DNA of 64,000 nucleotides from Ophelia neglecta (Eukaryota): NCBI GenBank assembly GCA_965285935.1, contig OZ260662.1, positions 7,936,001 to 8,000,000 of the forward strand, read 5' to 3'. Shown piece by piece: positions 51,190 to 63,336 of this stretch (position 1 is its first letter; each line of letters starts with the position of its first letter). The notes under the pieces were generated by a model. It saw only the letters and a program-made list of their open reading frames with translations, ran no database searches and was not told where the DNA came from. The position numbers and the translations under genes were made by a program.

Positions 51190-52686
51190 GCTTCTATGAT
51201 GGATTGAGTTGGGGCTTACGATATACTATCATTAGAGGATTTGATTCTTCTTACATTTACACGAACTGTAGTTTGACTACTGTAATTCCACCTCTGCCGT
51301 CGTAAAAATTGTAACAATATATGTCTATATCGTTCATATGACTGCGTGGAAACATTTTATCAGTTGTTTCTGCCAGTATTCATTTTTGAATGAGTATTTT
51401 TTTTTTTTTCGAGGAAGACGCTTTGGAGCGGAAACTTTCTGCCAGCAATTTCCCATAATTGAGACTTTCATACCTAGTATAAAATATTAATCGCGATTTT
51501 GTTATTAGGCGTTCATACATGAAGCCTGTCGATTTCACTAATGGGATATGGACAACAGTGTTTTCAGGTGCAGTGCCTAATGACAATGGTGTATACACGC
51601 CTAATGGGTCTTAACGGTAATAAAAACATTGCAATACTTCCTGTGGATCGCAATGACAATATTTATTTCGGTATAATTCCCACTTAATTGCAAAAAAACG
51701 GCAACGGCATGAATGAGAACAGAAATCATACTGAGAGGAAAGAAAAAAGACTAGACACAGTTCCTCCTATGAAGCTCTTTGGCGAGAAATATTGACTTTC
51801 CTTCGAGTATTGTGCACTGCACTTAGCCTGTGTCGTGTAAATAGATGATCATACATCAAACACAGACACTGTACATTGACTGGAAGTCTGGGGAGGCGAC
51901 GCTGACACACGAAACATGAACTGGAAGTCAGAGTAGGGGGGGGGGGGGGGGGTGAGAGGGCACGGGAAACATGGGCAGAAAGTCAGCCGGGGAGACGGCG
52001 ATGACACATGTAACATTGACTGGAAATCAGAGAAGGGGGCTGAGGGGGTGGAGGGGGGAGCAGTGTTACAGTGTACTGAAAGTCCAGGGAGAGGCGTAGG
52101 AAGGAAAATCAAAGTGAGGGGGCCAACTTTACATCAGCGTCATAAAAAGTGCCCTCCCCCCCCCCCCCCCCCCCCGGTTCCTACTCCACTGTCCATTGAT
52201 CTTTACATGCCAAAAAACATTGAATAAATTCAATTATTGGGTGTGTGTAATGGGTTTGTAAGTAACCTGCCCACAGGTGACTATATGATTATGGTCAAGC
52301 CAACTGCGGACAGACGCTTCTGACCACTGCTGCATTACACCGTTTTGAGAGGGTAAAAAGTGAGAGGGTCATCATTAAAAAGTGGGGGGGGGCAAAACAT
52401 ATGATACCCCCCCCCCCTCCCCGCGCTTTATACGCCACTAAGTGCAAGCAGAGGTCGCTGACACGGGCAGCATGGACCTAAAGTTCAAAGAGGCAAGGGG
52501 GGGGGGGGTTACACCATTAATATTGATCAGAAGGAGTGGGCGTTGGGGTGGGGGGCACATCGACTGAAGTCAGAGGATTCCAAGAGGAAATGGGCGGGAG
52601 TGACAAGGGAAACAGGGGTAGAGGGAGGCGTCAATAGTGAAGAGAGCTGAGAGTCAGGGAATTTTTTTTTTTGGGGGGGGGGGGGG

Positions 52687-52995
52687 TGTTTACGTGGCTT
52701 TCAACACTTATCTGGTCATATTGCCACGGTGCCTACTTGTGACAGTGGGCCCAATGCCCTCTTTATAGTGCTTGCCTCACTGGAGTACCTGCTGTAGACA
52801 CCAGACAGGGAACCCTACCCAGTCACATTATACTGACACTGGGCTGACCAGTCCTGATACTACCCCAGAAATACCGGGCTCCTGGCAGGGAAGCTATCAG
52901 TGCCTATTTTAACGTCTTAGGTTTGACGCGATCAGGATTCGAACCCCGATCCACCACTTGCGAGGCGGACACCCTAACCACTCGGCCACCCTTTG
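52687..52995 (-). mobile_element. tRNA-derived SINE with single core
   Basis: Reverse complement of the SINE at 30752 with one core unit; A and B boxes intact. Confidence 0.85.
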
Positions 52996-53231
52996 GTGGT
53001 GCTGAGAGTCAGGGAAGGGTTGGGGGTGACACGGGTCACGTGCCTGGCAGTCCGAGGAGGGGGGTGACACCTGAAACATGGACTGGAAGTCAGAGGAGAG
53101 AAGATGGCATGGGTAACATTGCCCGACAGGCAGAGGAGACGGGAAAGGGTGGAATACGCTTTCATTATTACTACATGTACATAATCTGTCAGTTAAGGAG
53201 GAAAGCCAGTGTGAAAAGACCTAATAGTTTC

Positions 53232-53437
53232 AGTGGCGGATCCAGGATTTCAGGAAGGGGGGGGCAAAAATGTTCAGGGCTGACAAGGCAACTGTCTGGA
53301 TTGTCCCCGTTACCAACTGTTTAAAACCACCTTGCGTGGCTCCAGAAATAGGCCCTAGTCCGGGCCCACTAATTGCCAAATGGGGGTGCGGGACCCCTGC
53401 CCCCCCCCCCCCCCCCCCCCCCAAATCCGCAACTGCA
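53232..53437. mobile_element. GC-rich MITE (CAG termini, hAT-like)
   Basis: CAGTGGCGGATCC...AAATCCGCAACTG with poly-G/poly-C subtermini. Confidence 0.6.
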
Positions 53438-53694
53438 GGTTGATGTATATTAATGGTCCTTAATAAGTTAGATTTTGCCTGAGATTTCGTGTCGGATATT
53501 TTTGTCAATTCTTCTTGTATGTCACCATAGCTCGACTTATATCGCAACCGCCAACTCTGACTAAACTTTGCCCCCGGAGCTCACATACTAAAACATCGAT
53601 ACTCTGCATCAAATCCTGGAAGCGGGGTATCATGTAGCACAGCTGGTCGCTGGCGCCATTTCGCTCGAAGGCCAAGTCAAAGTTACCTGTTAAC

Positions 53695-56600
53695 ATGGAC
53701 GCTCGGATTAGACTCATACTTGTGTTGCTAGCCTGGATTCCGCTCATGAGAGGTAGGAGAAAACTTAAAGTCTCCATTTAATATCTTCCATTTCCATACT
53801 GATTTAAACAAAAACTTGAGAAATGCTTTAAGAAATCGATATTTAAGAATGAAACAGGTGCGGCAGAGAAAGCGATAAGTTTGGTACGGATTCTACTCAA
53901 ACACAGACACATTGGATAAGGATTACACTAAGGCATCTGCCTTGTAGATCCTTGATCTGTGTCCAGGGGGGGGGGGGTACTCACTAATTGAAGGGAGGTA
54001 GGTAGGCTCCGCTGGAATGACCCCCCTTTTTTCAGGTCACATAGAATTTTGATACCTACTTTTTGCATGCAACATGGAATTAAGCCCCTCATTTTTAATG
54101 ATACAACACCTGAGGAGAGTTAGTTTCCAACATGTCTGCAGGCGGTATGAAAGCACTCAGTGAGCGGAGTTGAAAAACATAGATTTTTGACCCCTGTTTT
54201 TCCGAAAAACATAGAATTTAGACCCCCATTTTTACGACAGACATAGACTTTTGACCCCCCCATTTTGAACCTTCCGGGGAGCCTACATACCCACTTTGGG
54301 CCCGAGTACCCCCCCCCCCCTCCCCCCGGGATCTGTGTTACTGTTGATATATACGTGCCATTGCAGGCCCGTAGCCAGCTTTGATTTGGGGGGCGGGGAT
54401 CTCAAATTGGGAAAGTGGACCTTTTACCCAGCCGCGTCAGCGGCGGGCGACACGTCTTGACAGTGTCGGCGGGAGGGGGCGGGAGACACCACCTTCCCAC
54501 AGGGGAGGTTTGGGGGACTTCCCCGAGAATTTTTTTTGGGGGGGTCTCAAGAGGATCCCAAGGCGTCATTCCCACTATAATTTGCCATATAATAACTCTA
54601 ATTGTGGTCCAAAAAGTGGGCCTTTTCTCTCGGGGGGGGGGGGGGGGGATCTCAAAATCACAAAGATCCCCTTCTGGCTACGGGCCTGCACTGAGTATAT
54701 GCGAGTACCCGATGCCACATTCGTGGTACGCTTGCCAAAGATAGGTAGCCAATCCGGATTGCCTGGTTTATGTGTTAATAGTAACATTTAGATAGTACGC
54801 TTAGTAAAGAATAATAAACAGTTTGGGGATGGTATTGTTTTGGAATTGTGGGATTGCGAAAGACAAATGTGGATATTTATGGGTTCATATGTGCGGTATG
54901 GCTACAACATGTGACAAGTAAAATGGCCACTTTTTCTTCATGAGCTCCTAGCAAAAAATTGTTTGTACATTTGAAAAATGACGTTGAAAAGCTTTGATTT
55001 AACATTTAAGAGATAGGAGATCTATTTCCCTGCAACCTAGAGAGCCTTAGTTCTCTCAGTATACGTCATCCGTTGCCAGCAACAACGCGGCACTCGATGA
55101 CGTCATGCATTCTGATTTTTCTGCGCGGTTTTTCTATCAGTAAATATGCTACACAAATATGAACGAAACTTTCCGATTGGTTACATTATGCTTGTTATGC
55201 AGGTAATGCTAATTTATTTTGAAATTGCTCAATAAACAGTGGACCAAAAAAAGGTGAAGTCAGCAGCATCTATCGCTTCCCAAGCGACGCGCACTTCTAT
55301 TTTTCAACGCGACATGTGTGATGCCTGTTTCCATGCATCACGAAACTATCTACTTATCTCGCGGATCTCAAGTAGTACCATTGGTCCGTATTTTACACGG
55401 ATCTAGTCATAATTTCAGGCATATCTCGAGTAGTACCATGGAAAACACTCCTCAACATTTTCTAAGTGCCACAGACATTGTTAATACATGTATCATCCGC
55501 AAAAAGATTACAAGAGACCATGGCCACAGCCACTGGCATGTCATTAATGAATAAAAGAAACAAAATTGGACCAAGTACAGAGCCCTGAGGAACGCCACAG
55601 GATAGATCTAAGAATGTAGATTATTTATTGTTCAAGTAGTATACCTGTTTAAGATTTTAAGGATAGCTAATATGTGCGGACATTCGGATGCCGTAATGTT
55701 CGAATTTCGATAGTAGTATTGTATGTGTGATGTATGTATGTGTATGTGTCTAAGCACTTCTGTGAGTCCAAGAAACAAACACCTCCTATTATTCATTCAT
55801 TGAACCGTCTTTTGAATCAGAACTTTTTGTAGTGAGGTTTGGCACGAGTGATGTCGTCTATACGCTGATTGGTCCGCAGTGAGAAAATTGAGTTTAATTA
55901 AATGATCTTTTGGTTGATTTTGTACACATTTTCCATCATTTGGCATACATGCGCCAAAACTGGAATAGGCATTTAAGTATTTGGTGAGCTTTTGTCACTT
56001 TTTTAAATATAGGCGAAACACGAGTAGCTTTCCAATCCTCGGATACCTGACCACAATCCAAAGATAAATTAAAAAGCGATGTTAAGAATCTAAGGTGATG
56101 TAAAGGAATTTTGAAATTGTGACTGCCAACAAATATAAGGCTTTCCTGTCAAGATTTTTTTTCATTCAATGTCAGATATATCACCAAAGGATACCAAAAG
56201 TTTTAGGACTTCCTGCTCATGTATTTTGTGGAATTGCAAATCATATTCACTGGAGGGTAGGCTCCAGTGATAATTATTATAAGGAAACTTTTCGAGAAGT
56301 TACCTGCCAATGTTAGCAAAAACATATTAAATGTATCCACAGACAAACAGGGTTTAGGCCATTAATAATATCTTGAACGAATTTATTTCACATTTTCCAT
56401 TAAGTCGATGTGAAAATGATTGTTGTTCTGTTTAATGTAATGTTTACCCGCTTTGAAGAAGTCAGAAATGATTTGAGTAAGGAATAAAATTACAATAATA
56501 TAATACAATAGTAATATTGCCAAACTATCTATTCAGTAACCTGGTTTTCACTTATAGGTGAGCTGTTCCTTATTAAGCTGTATACCAGTGCAACCCCTTA

Positions 56601-59600
56601 CTTTGCGGGTTCGATTGATTCCCCGTACCTAACTCTTCATGGTACCACAGACACAGAGGCTGGGATCAAAATATGGGAAGACGGGTTTGAAACTACCCTT
56701 GGGATGTAAGTAACAGCATGCTTTCCCTAATAGACGACAGTATATCTTTTGAAATGGTCCGGGGCAATAATTCAGATGATAATTTGGTATCTTAGTCGAC
56801 TAACCAAGTATATTACGTACAGGTGTGACATGGTTTGAGGAATGGATATTGTTAATTCGTAAGAATTAAGAATTCTAAGACAAGGGTCGGATACAATATA
56901 ACGGAAACCTCTGTTTATTTCCTTCACACAATTTATTTATTCATGACATGCTACATTCTCCAATGTGTCGCTTATTCGTTATATTGATTTAGCTATACAA
57001 TGACAATCTGCTCCATTGTTGGGTGGTAATGATACCTCTATGCGTGTAGTGATAAACAGATGCGTGACTTAGTGTGACCTTTATAACTGTGTGCACAGGG
57101 TAAAATTGTGATGTTAAGTATTCAATCATTGTAGACTTTCATATCATTCAAACGCCTACGTGGAAAAAGTTGGTGGTTCTACAATACAATAGCAAGGTGC
57201 TTGCGAAACACCGGAGTGAATACCCCGCAGAATTATCAAAATCGACAATAACAAAAAGGGTTCATTAAATAGTTCCGAAAACATTAAATACCTACATGGC
57301 CAAAAACCCAAAAAAGACCTGTGCCCTGTCTCCAAATAAGCTTGTCACGATATTATTTATAAAACAATTACAGCAAAAATCCGTCAAATAAAGAAAAATA
57401 GCTTCAATACAAAATCCGCCGGTCTTCAATACAAAATCCCCCGGTCTTGCAAACAGTATAATATTAGGTCTTGTTATTTGTTATATTAAGAACCGCGGCT
57501 TAGGTTACAATATTAACGACGAAAGGATCGCCCTATAAATGCCAATATTATTATCATTATCCGGTCCTGTTATTCTGGTCTATAATGTCCTCCGAACACC
57601 AAATCCCAATAAGTCCTCTTATTTCCCTTTGGTTCTTATATTCTTAAATAATTTTTGATAAAAGGTGACATTTGGAATGTTTAATTACCTAGGGTGACGG
57701 ACCTTCTGTTCTATACGAAGAAGAACGTTGGTCACGTGATAAACATCACTCTCAGCAGTGGAGGTAGCAATGGCTACGTCATGGCGCAGGTGCGTATCAA
57801 CCAGTTTGTCTTTTTATGCCAAGGATATTATTTAGTAGGAACTTAAAGATTATGTTTATAAATATAAAAATCCCCCACAGTATCTATTAAACTAGACAGG
57901 CATCAGATAAAGACTAAAGGGAATTCATCATTGGGTGTTAATCAGAGTATAATGAGTGCCGGACTGCTGGTTCCACGTCGGTGACGTCGTTATTATCAGT
58001 CGAAATGAAATATTAGTGGGCCAGTGGCTGCTGGCTCCTAACCAATCAGTCCAAATGACCCATTAGTTGGCAAGTGGCTGGTGGCTCCTTACCAATCAGT
58101 CCAAATGACTTACCAGTGGGCCTGTGGCTGGTGGCTTCTTACCAATCAGTTGCCAACATTGTGATCCAACCAAGCATGGATTTAGAGCTTACCCGTAAGG
58201 CATATCTGGACTCTCGTGGCACATCCTTAATGTAATAATTATCATATATAAAGTCTGATAATATCAGGCACCGCTTAATGCTGCGCATATAGACCAATGG
58301 CGCAGGAACAAGTTGGCTTTCCGTTCTTATAGCAATTGGCTTAGTACTAACCGACTAACGATGAGACCAACCAATACTTGTGTGGCAAAACTATCGACAT
58401 TGACTCTAACTAACTATCCAGGAAATTCATACCAACTAAAAGACATCTTTTATAGTTATTATATTTAAATGGCACATATAGATATTCACGGATATCCACG
58501 AAGAATGATCTAAGTAGTAGCTCTTCATACGTATGTTACTTATATGGCACGTGTAGAACATGTTGATCATTTCATCTTGTCTTGTGTTTCACAGATGTCC
58601 ATGACGAATGTTCTAACTCGCGAGACGTGTCATGTGATTTGTGCACCCCTCTGTAGTATTGATACTGGTGATATCAATGAGCCTGATTCTGTTACCCGAG
58701 GTAAGTGGTTTCCCTTCCATATTACCTGAGGTAAGTGCTTTGTCATTCCCTATTACCCAAGGTTAGTGGTTTTCGCTTCCCTATTACCCTATTGCCCCTC
58801 GTTGCTGCCCAATGAAAGTAACATCCTTCCCAGTTACATGCGTTAAGTAGATTTCTCTTTCTGATTCGCCAAGGTAAGTAGTTTCCCTTCCCTGTTACAC
58901 AAGGTAAGTAGTTTCCCTTCCCTGTTACACAAGGTCAGTAGTTGGTCATTCTTATTTCATAAGGTAGGTGATTTATCCTTCGTTGCTGCCCAAGGCAAGT
59001 AGTTTCCCTTCCCTGTTACACAAGGTAAGTAGTTTCCCTTCCCTGTTACACAAGGTAAGTAGTTTCCCTTCCCTGTTTCCCAAGATAAGTAGTTTCCCTT
59101 CCCTATTAGCCAAGGTCAGTAGTTGGTCATTCTCGGTTTCATAAGGTAGGTGCTTTGCCCTTCCTTGCTGCCCAATGTAAGTAGTTTCCCTTCCCTGTTA
59201 AACAATGTTAGTAGTTTTCCCTTCCCGATAACCCAAGTTTTGTAGTTTTCCCTTCCCGATTACCAAAGGTAAGTAGTTTTGGTTCCTGATATCCCAAGGT
59301 AAGTAGTTTTCCCTTCCCTGTTACACAAGGTAAGTAGTTTTGGTTCCTGATATCCCAAGATAAGTAGTTTTCCCTTCCCTGTTACACAAGGTAAGTAGTT
59401 TTGGTTCCTGATATCCCAAGATAAGTAGTTTTCCCTTCCCTGTTACACAAGGTAAGTAGTTTTGGTTCCTGATATCCCAAGATAAGTAGTTTTCCCTCCC
59501 CTGTCACACAAGGTAAGTAGTTTTGGTTCCTGATATCCCAAGATAAGTAGTTTTCTCTTCCCTGGTACACAAGGAAAGTAGTTTTGGCTCCTGATATCCC

Positions 59601-60789
59601 AAGGTACGTGGTTTTTCCCTTCCCATTAATCCACGGTACGTAGTATCCCCATCGAACATAAAGAAATCACAGGGAAAATAGGCGTAAGATAATGCCCTGT
59701 ATGTGGCACACTTGATCAGTAGAGTGCGAAAAGACAAGGCCTGGTCAGACTTTGGACCAATGCGATGTGCCCGGTCGAGGACTAAGACACTGATTGGTGG
59801 TTCCAAACTCATTGTTTTGTCACAGATATCCAGCTCTGTTTTGACTTGATCCTCATGGAGTGGTTCAAATACGTTGCTCATCTTCAGACTGTTCAACCTA
59901 CTGTACTGCTCCAAGTCATCATGAAGCAGCTCCAAGACAATACTCGGTCATTGAGGCTTTGGACTTGTTGGTCCATGGCCTTACTTAATCACGCGGCACC
60001 CCTTCCTCCTTGGAGTGATCTTTATTTGACCTCTGAAACTTATGACATTCTTACTGAGGCTTTTAGTTGAGACTTCTAGTTGGTTGATGCTCGGTCATTG
60101 AGGCTTAAGATTTGTTGGTCCTTGGCCTTGGTCCTTTGATGGTCCATGGCCTTCACTAAATCACGCGGCCCCCTTCGTCCTTGGAGAGATCTCTGAAGCT
60201 TATTGACATTCTTACTGAGGTTATCAGTGGAGGATTCTAGGTAGTTGATGCTTAACTGATAGGATCAACGAGGGTGCTATGTAGGGATTTAATGACAGCC
60301 TCAATCTGCATGGCAAGCACAAAGGCGCTAAAGAACTCCACTGTCCACTAAGTCCCATACTAGTTGAAGATTTTCTAAGCCACATTCACAGTGTACAGCA
60401 GGGTTACTTCAGGGCTGGTGTCTTCAATACAACTTATACATACACCGATATTACTGTGGGACAATACATGTGATTTTTTTATTACAGAGACAGTTGACTG
60501 CACTTCCGCTTCCCCGAAGCTAACCGTGAATGGAGAAATGGACCATGTATTCTTCCAGTCTCTCCCCATCCTCCATCCGATGGTAACTGCCATCGAGCGC
60601 GGCGTGCTTGTGAGGAGTTGTATCGCCGGCGGGTGCGCCCAGGCTTGTCTCATGACCTCAGAGTGCCGGGCCTTCTCACTGGACTCCTCTCTGGAAGCCC
60701 CGCAGTGCTGCGAGCAGTTCGCTATTTCGCCAAACACGGGTGTTAGGTATGGGGCCGGGATGTCACCAATGTTTCTCCAAGTTGGCTAA
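53695..60789 (+). CDS. Gene 5: PLAT-like + PAN-like paralog (236 aa)
   Basis: Exons 53695-53752 (MDARIRLILVLLAWIPLMR-G; 58 nt and the same CTGTTAACATG context as gene 1), 56558-56705 (ELFLIKLYTSATPYFAGSIDSPYLTLHGTTDTEAGIKIWEDGFETTLGM), 57693-57789 (VTDLLFYTKKNVGHVINITLSSGGSNGYVMAQ), 58595-58700 (MSMTNVLTRETCHVICAPLCSIDTGDINEPDSVTR) and 60488-60789. Total 711 nt, open. AATAAA at 60845. Confidence 0.88.
53963..54329. mobile_element. Poly-G TIR MITE with 9-bp TSD (Mutator-like) in gene 5 intron 1
   Basis: CCAG(G)nTACTC...GAGTA(C)nGG, with TSD GATCTGTGT at 53954-53962 and 54330-54338. Confidence 0.8.
54364..54688. mobile_element. MITE with perfect 15-bp TIR (hAT-like)
   Basis: CAGGCCCGTAGCCAG...CTGGCTACGGGCCTG. 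No clear TSD. Confidence 0.7.
55450..56340 (-). mobile_element. Decayed CR1/L2-type LINE RT fragment
   Basis: Minus-strand translation gives GQVSEDWKATRVSPIFK, VCFLDSQKCLDT and CGVPQGSVLGPILFLLFINDMP...LFADDT. Confidence 0.85.
58003..58150. repeat. 50-bp tandem repeat, ~3 copies, each containing CCAAT
   Basis: ACCAATCAGT recurs at 58041, 58091 and 58141. Confidence 0.8.
58690..59625 (+). repeat. ~30-bp minisatellite beginning at the exon 4 splice donor of gene 5
   Basis: Unit approximately CAAGGTAAGTAGTTTCCCTTCCCTGTTACA. The 3' part is a 61-bp two-unit higher-order repeat. Confidence 0.9.
59690..59950 (-). mobile_element. LINE ORF1 remnant
   Basis: DDLEQYSRLNSLKMSNV...LDRAHRIG...LLIKCATYR matches the motif pattern of non-LTR retrotransposon ORF1. 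Confidence 0.7.
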
Positions 60790-61372
60790 TATGTAATTCT
60801 GCTTATTTTCTGTTACTCAGCCCAGTCATTTATTATACCAGCCAAATAAAATCTGGAGACTTTCAGAAAAAAGGTTTAAAATCTTACGATGCTAGAAAAC
60901 AGTGTGCACAAGCTACTGCTGACGCACCCATTGTCTATTTGTAATTGGTATATTTAAAAAAAGGCTGCCTCTAATTGGTTTGCTATGTATGACGTTTGAC
61001 CTATTTTAACCCGAAGGCAAGTGACTCGTTTTGCCAGAGCGCTGTGTCCCTGGGTGCCGCTGCCTTCTGGTGGTGACCACATCGCCGAAAGCAGGCCAAG
61101 CGTCATTTGCCTTCTGGGCCAATCAGCGTTCACCATGGGAGCGCGTCACACATGCATAGATAACATATTTGATGCTTCAAATATTTTTTTTTTTGCACAA
61201 CTAGTCTCCAGACTTTATGCCGCTGGTATAAATTACTAATTAACTTTCTTTAAGGTAGTTTAGCCGAAATTAACCACAGATCATGTAAACGCCTACCTAA
61301 GGTACAACGGCACCAATATTGTATTTATTCAACAATTTAATGACAAAAGAAATACGGTGATAAATATTACTA

Positions 61373-61550
61373 AAGTGAAACCTGTAAATTAAAACCACCA
61401 GAAGGGCTGGTGATTAATCATCTGATTTTGGAGGTGGTCTGTTTAGACAGGATATTTAACATTGAAAGTATACAGCAACATCCTCATACTGGTGGTCTAA
61501 ATTGACAGGTGGTCTGATTATAGAGGTGGTCTTTAAGGCAGGTTACACTG
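61373..61550. mobile_element. CAGTG-TIR MITE
   Basis: TA|AAGTGAAACCTG...CAGGTTACACTG|TA; same family as 9717. Confidence 0.8.
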
Positions 61551-63174
61551 TATATTTATTTCGATCCATCATGTAACCAATATACCTTAAAGTATATTTA
61601 CTTCATATCATGCTTAATGATTGGAGGGACGTTGAGAAATAAAACAATTAGCTCCGCATAGAGCATCACATGGCACCTTCTTTGCCCTTTTTTTACAATA
61701 AATTTATGATTAGGAGAATATTAAACATTATGCACACAACGATTTGAAGTATCAAATACTTGTATTAGACAAATAACTAGATGACCATAAACAAATTTGC
61801 CTAAAGGTTTCACCTAAAGAAAAAAATTCGTATTAACCCTTTAACTTATATTTCAATATTTCATTTTTCAGGGTCAAGGTACCTTTATTCTTCGTGATGT
61901 GTGTCTGTAAATTAATCAAACTAACAACATGTAATGGAAGGGAAAAAGTTTTCAAGGCAATTTTTTTAGCTCCTGTTCAGACTTGATCGGGACAATCTTG
62001 CCTGCTTTATCCTTAATAAGAATTCTCCCGTCATGTTTGCACAATAGATTTATGAAATATTTCCCATTTCATGCAAATATTTAAAGATATTTTATGGCAA
62101 CAATTTTGGCCCCTCTGACGACAAACATGCTTTATAAGTTAGCCAGTTCAGGTTTCATTTTGATGTGGTGTGTCCAGGCCAAATATATTGCCACATCATA
62201 TTGTACACAAATGACATTGATCAGAGTTCCCCCGGCCGTAAACTGTCACACTATACATCTCCAAAATAAATTATGTTTCCTGGTATCGATTTGTATGTAA
62301 TAAAATTCTGTAGTAAATTCAAATGAAGTTAAAATTTCCAATCACTTCTCACATTAGTAAAGGTCTAGCTATTTACAATTAATTTCACAAGGTTTTCTCG
62401 CGGTGACAAATATTGAATGATTGTTAATAACTTTACCATATTACCAGAGAATAATAATTCTCCATGTTTTTACGATATTATCAATGAAAAATAATTCTCC
62501 CTATTTTCGTTATTACATCTATCCCGTTTATCACGTTATCACTACCTCGTCTCCAAAATCCCTCTTTTGCTGAATGCAAAGATAAATTGCGAAGTTTTTG
62601 CGAAAATTAAACGAACAGAATATCAACATTATGAAATCAAGGTTAACAGAATTTAAATACACAAATAAGTGAAATTAAACAATCTGATATCTATTAGTTT
62701 GATTATTCCTTCAGAGACACATCCTTGCACTAGATTTATTCATTTTTATGCATTTTCCCATTGATGACATCGGTGCGATTCGTATTTTACATTTAAATGG
62801 CGCTATCTGTTCGTTCATAATAATGACGTAATATGCTCTAATATCGCGAGACGTGTAGCTTACACGGGTAACTACTGATCTACGGAAGCTATGCGCATAT
62901 ATAAGTCACGGAAATTTCTATTGATAGAAGTAATATGAATAGGTAACACATTGGTTGGCGGGCAAAGCTTGTGGACTGCATGGGTGCAGGGCTTGCAACT
63001 TCATAAAATGCTAACAAGTTTGCCCTTAAAACGCATGACAGACAGCATTGCCAGAAGTTCTCAATGCTGTCTAGACGATAACTCGACCTTACTGCCTGGC
63101 CATGCCGAGTTAACACAATGCGTTACATAATCAGCGATTTTACGCCTTGTGCGCGAGCCCATGCTTCACCTCCT

Positions 63175-63336
63175 CCAGACCACCTCTTTAATCAGACCAC
63201 CTGTCAATTCAGACCACTAATATGATGACCATGATGTATACTTTTAATATTAAATAACCTGAATAAACAGACCACCTCTGTAATCAGACTAGCACTTTCC
63301 AGTCGCTTTGTTGGTCTTAATTCACAGGTTTCACCG
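63175..63336. mobile_element. CAGTG-TIR MITE with one end missing
   Basis: AGACCACC repeats and right terminus CACAGGTTTCACCG|TA. Confidence 0.7.

Noticed and set aside
55160-55202. Alternative signal exon for gene 5 (MNETFRLVTLCLLC)
   Set aside because: It ends in phase 2, which is incompatible with exon 2. The exon at 53695-53752 fits the phase and is homologous to gene 1.
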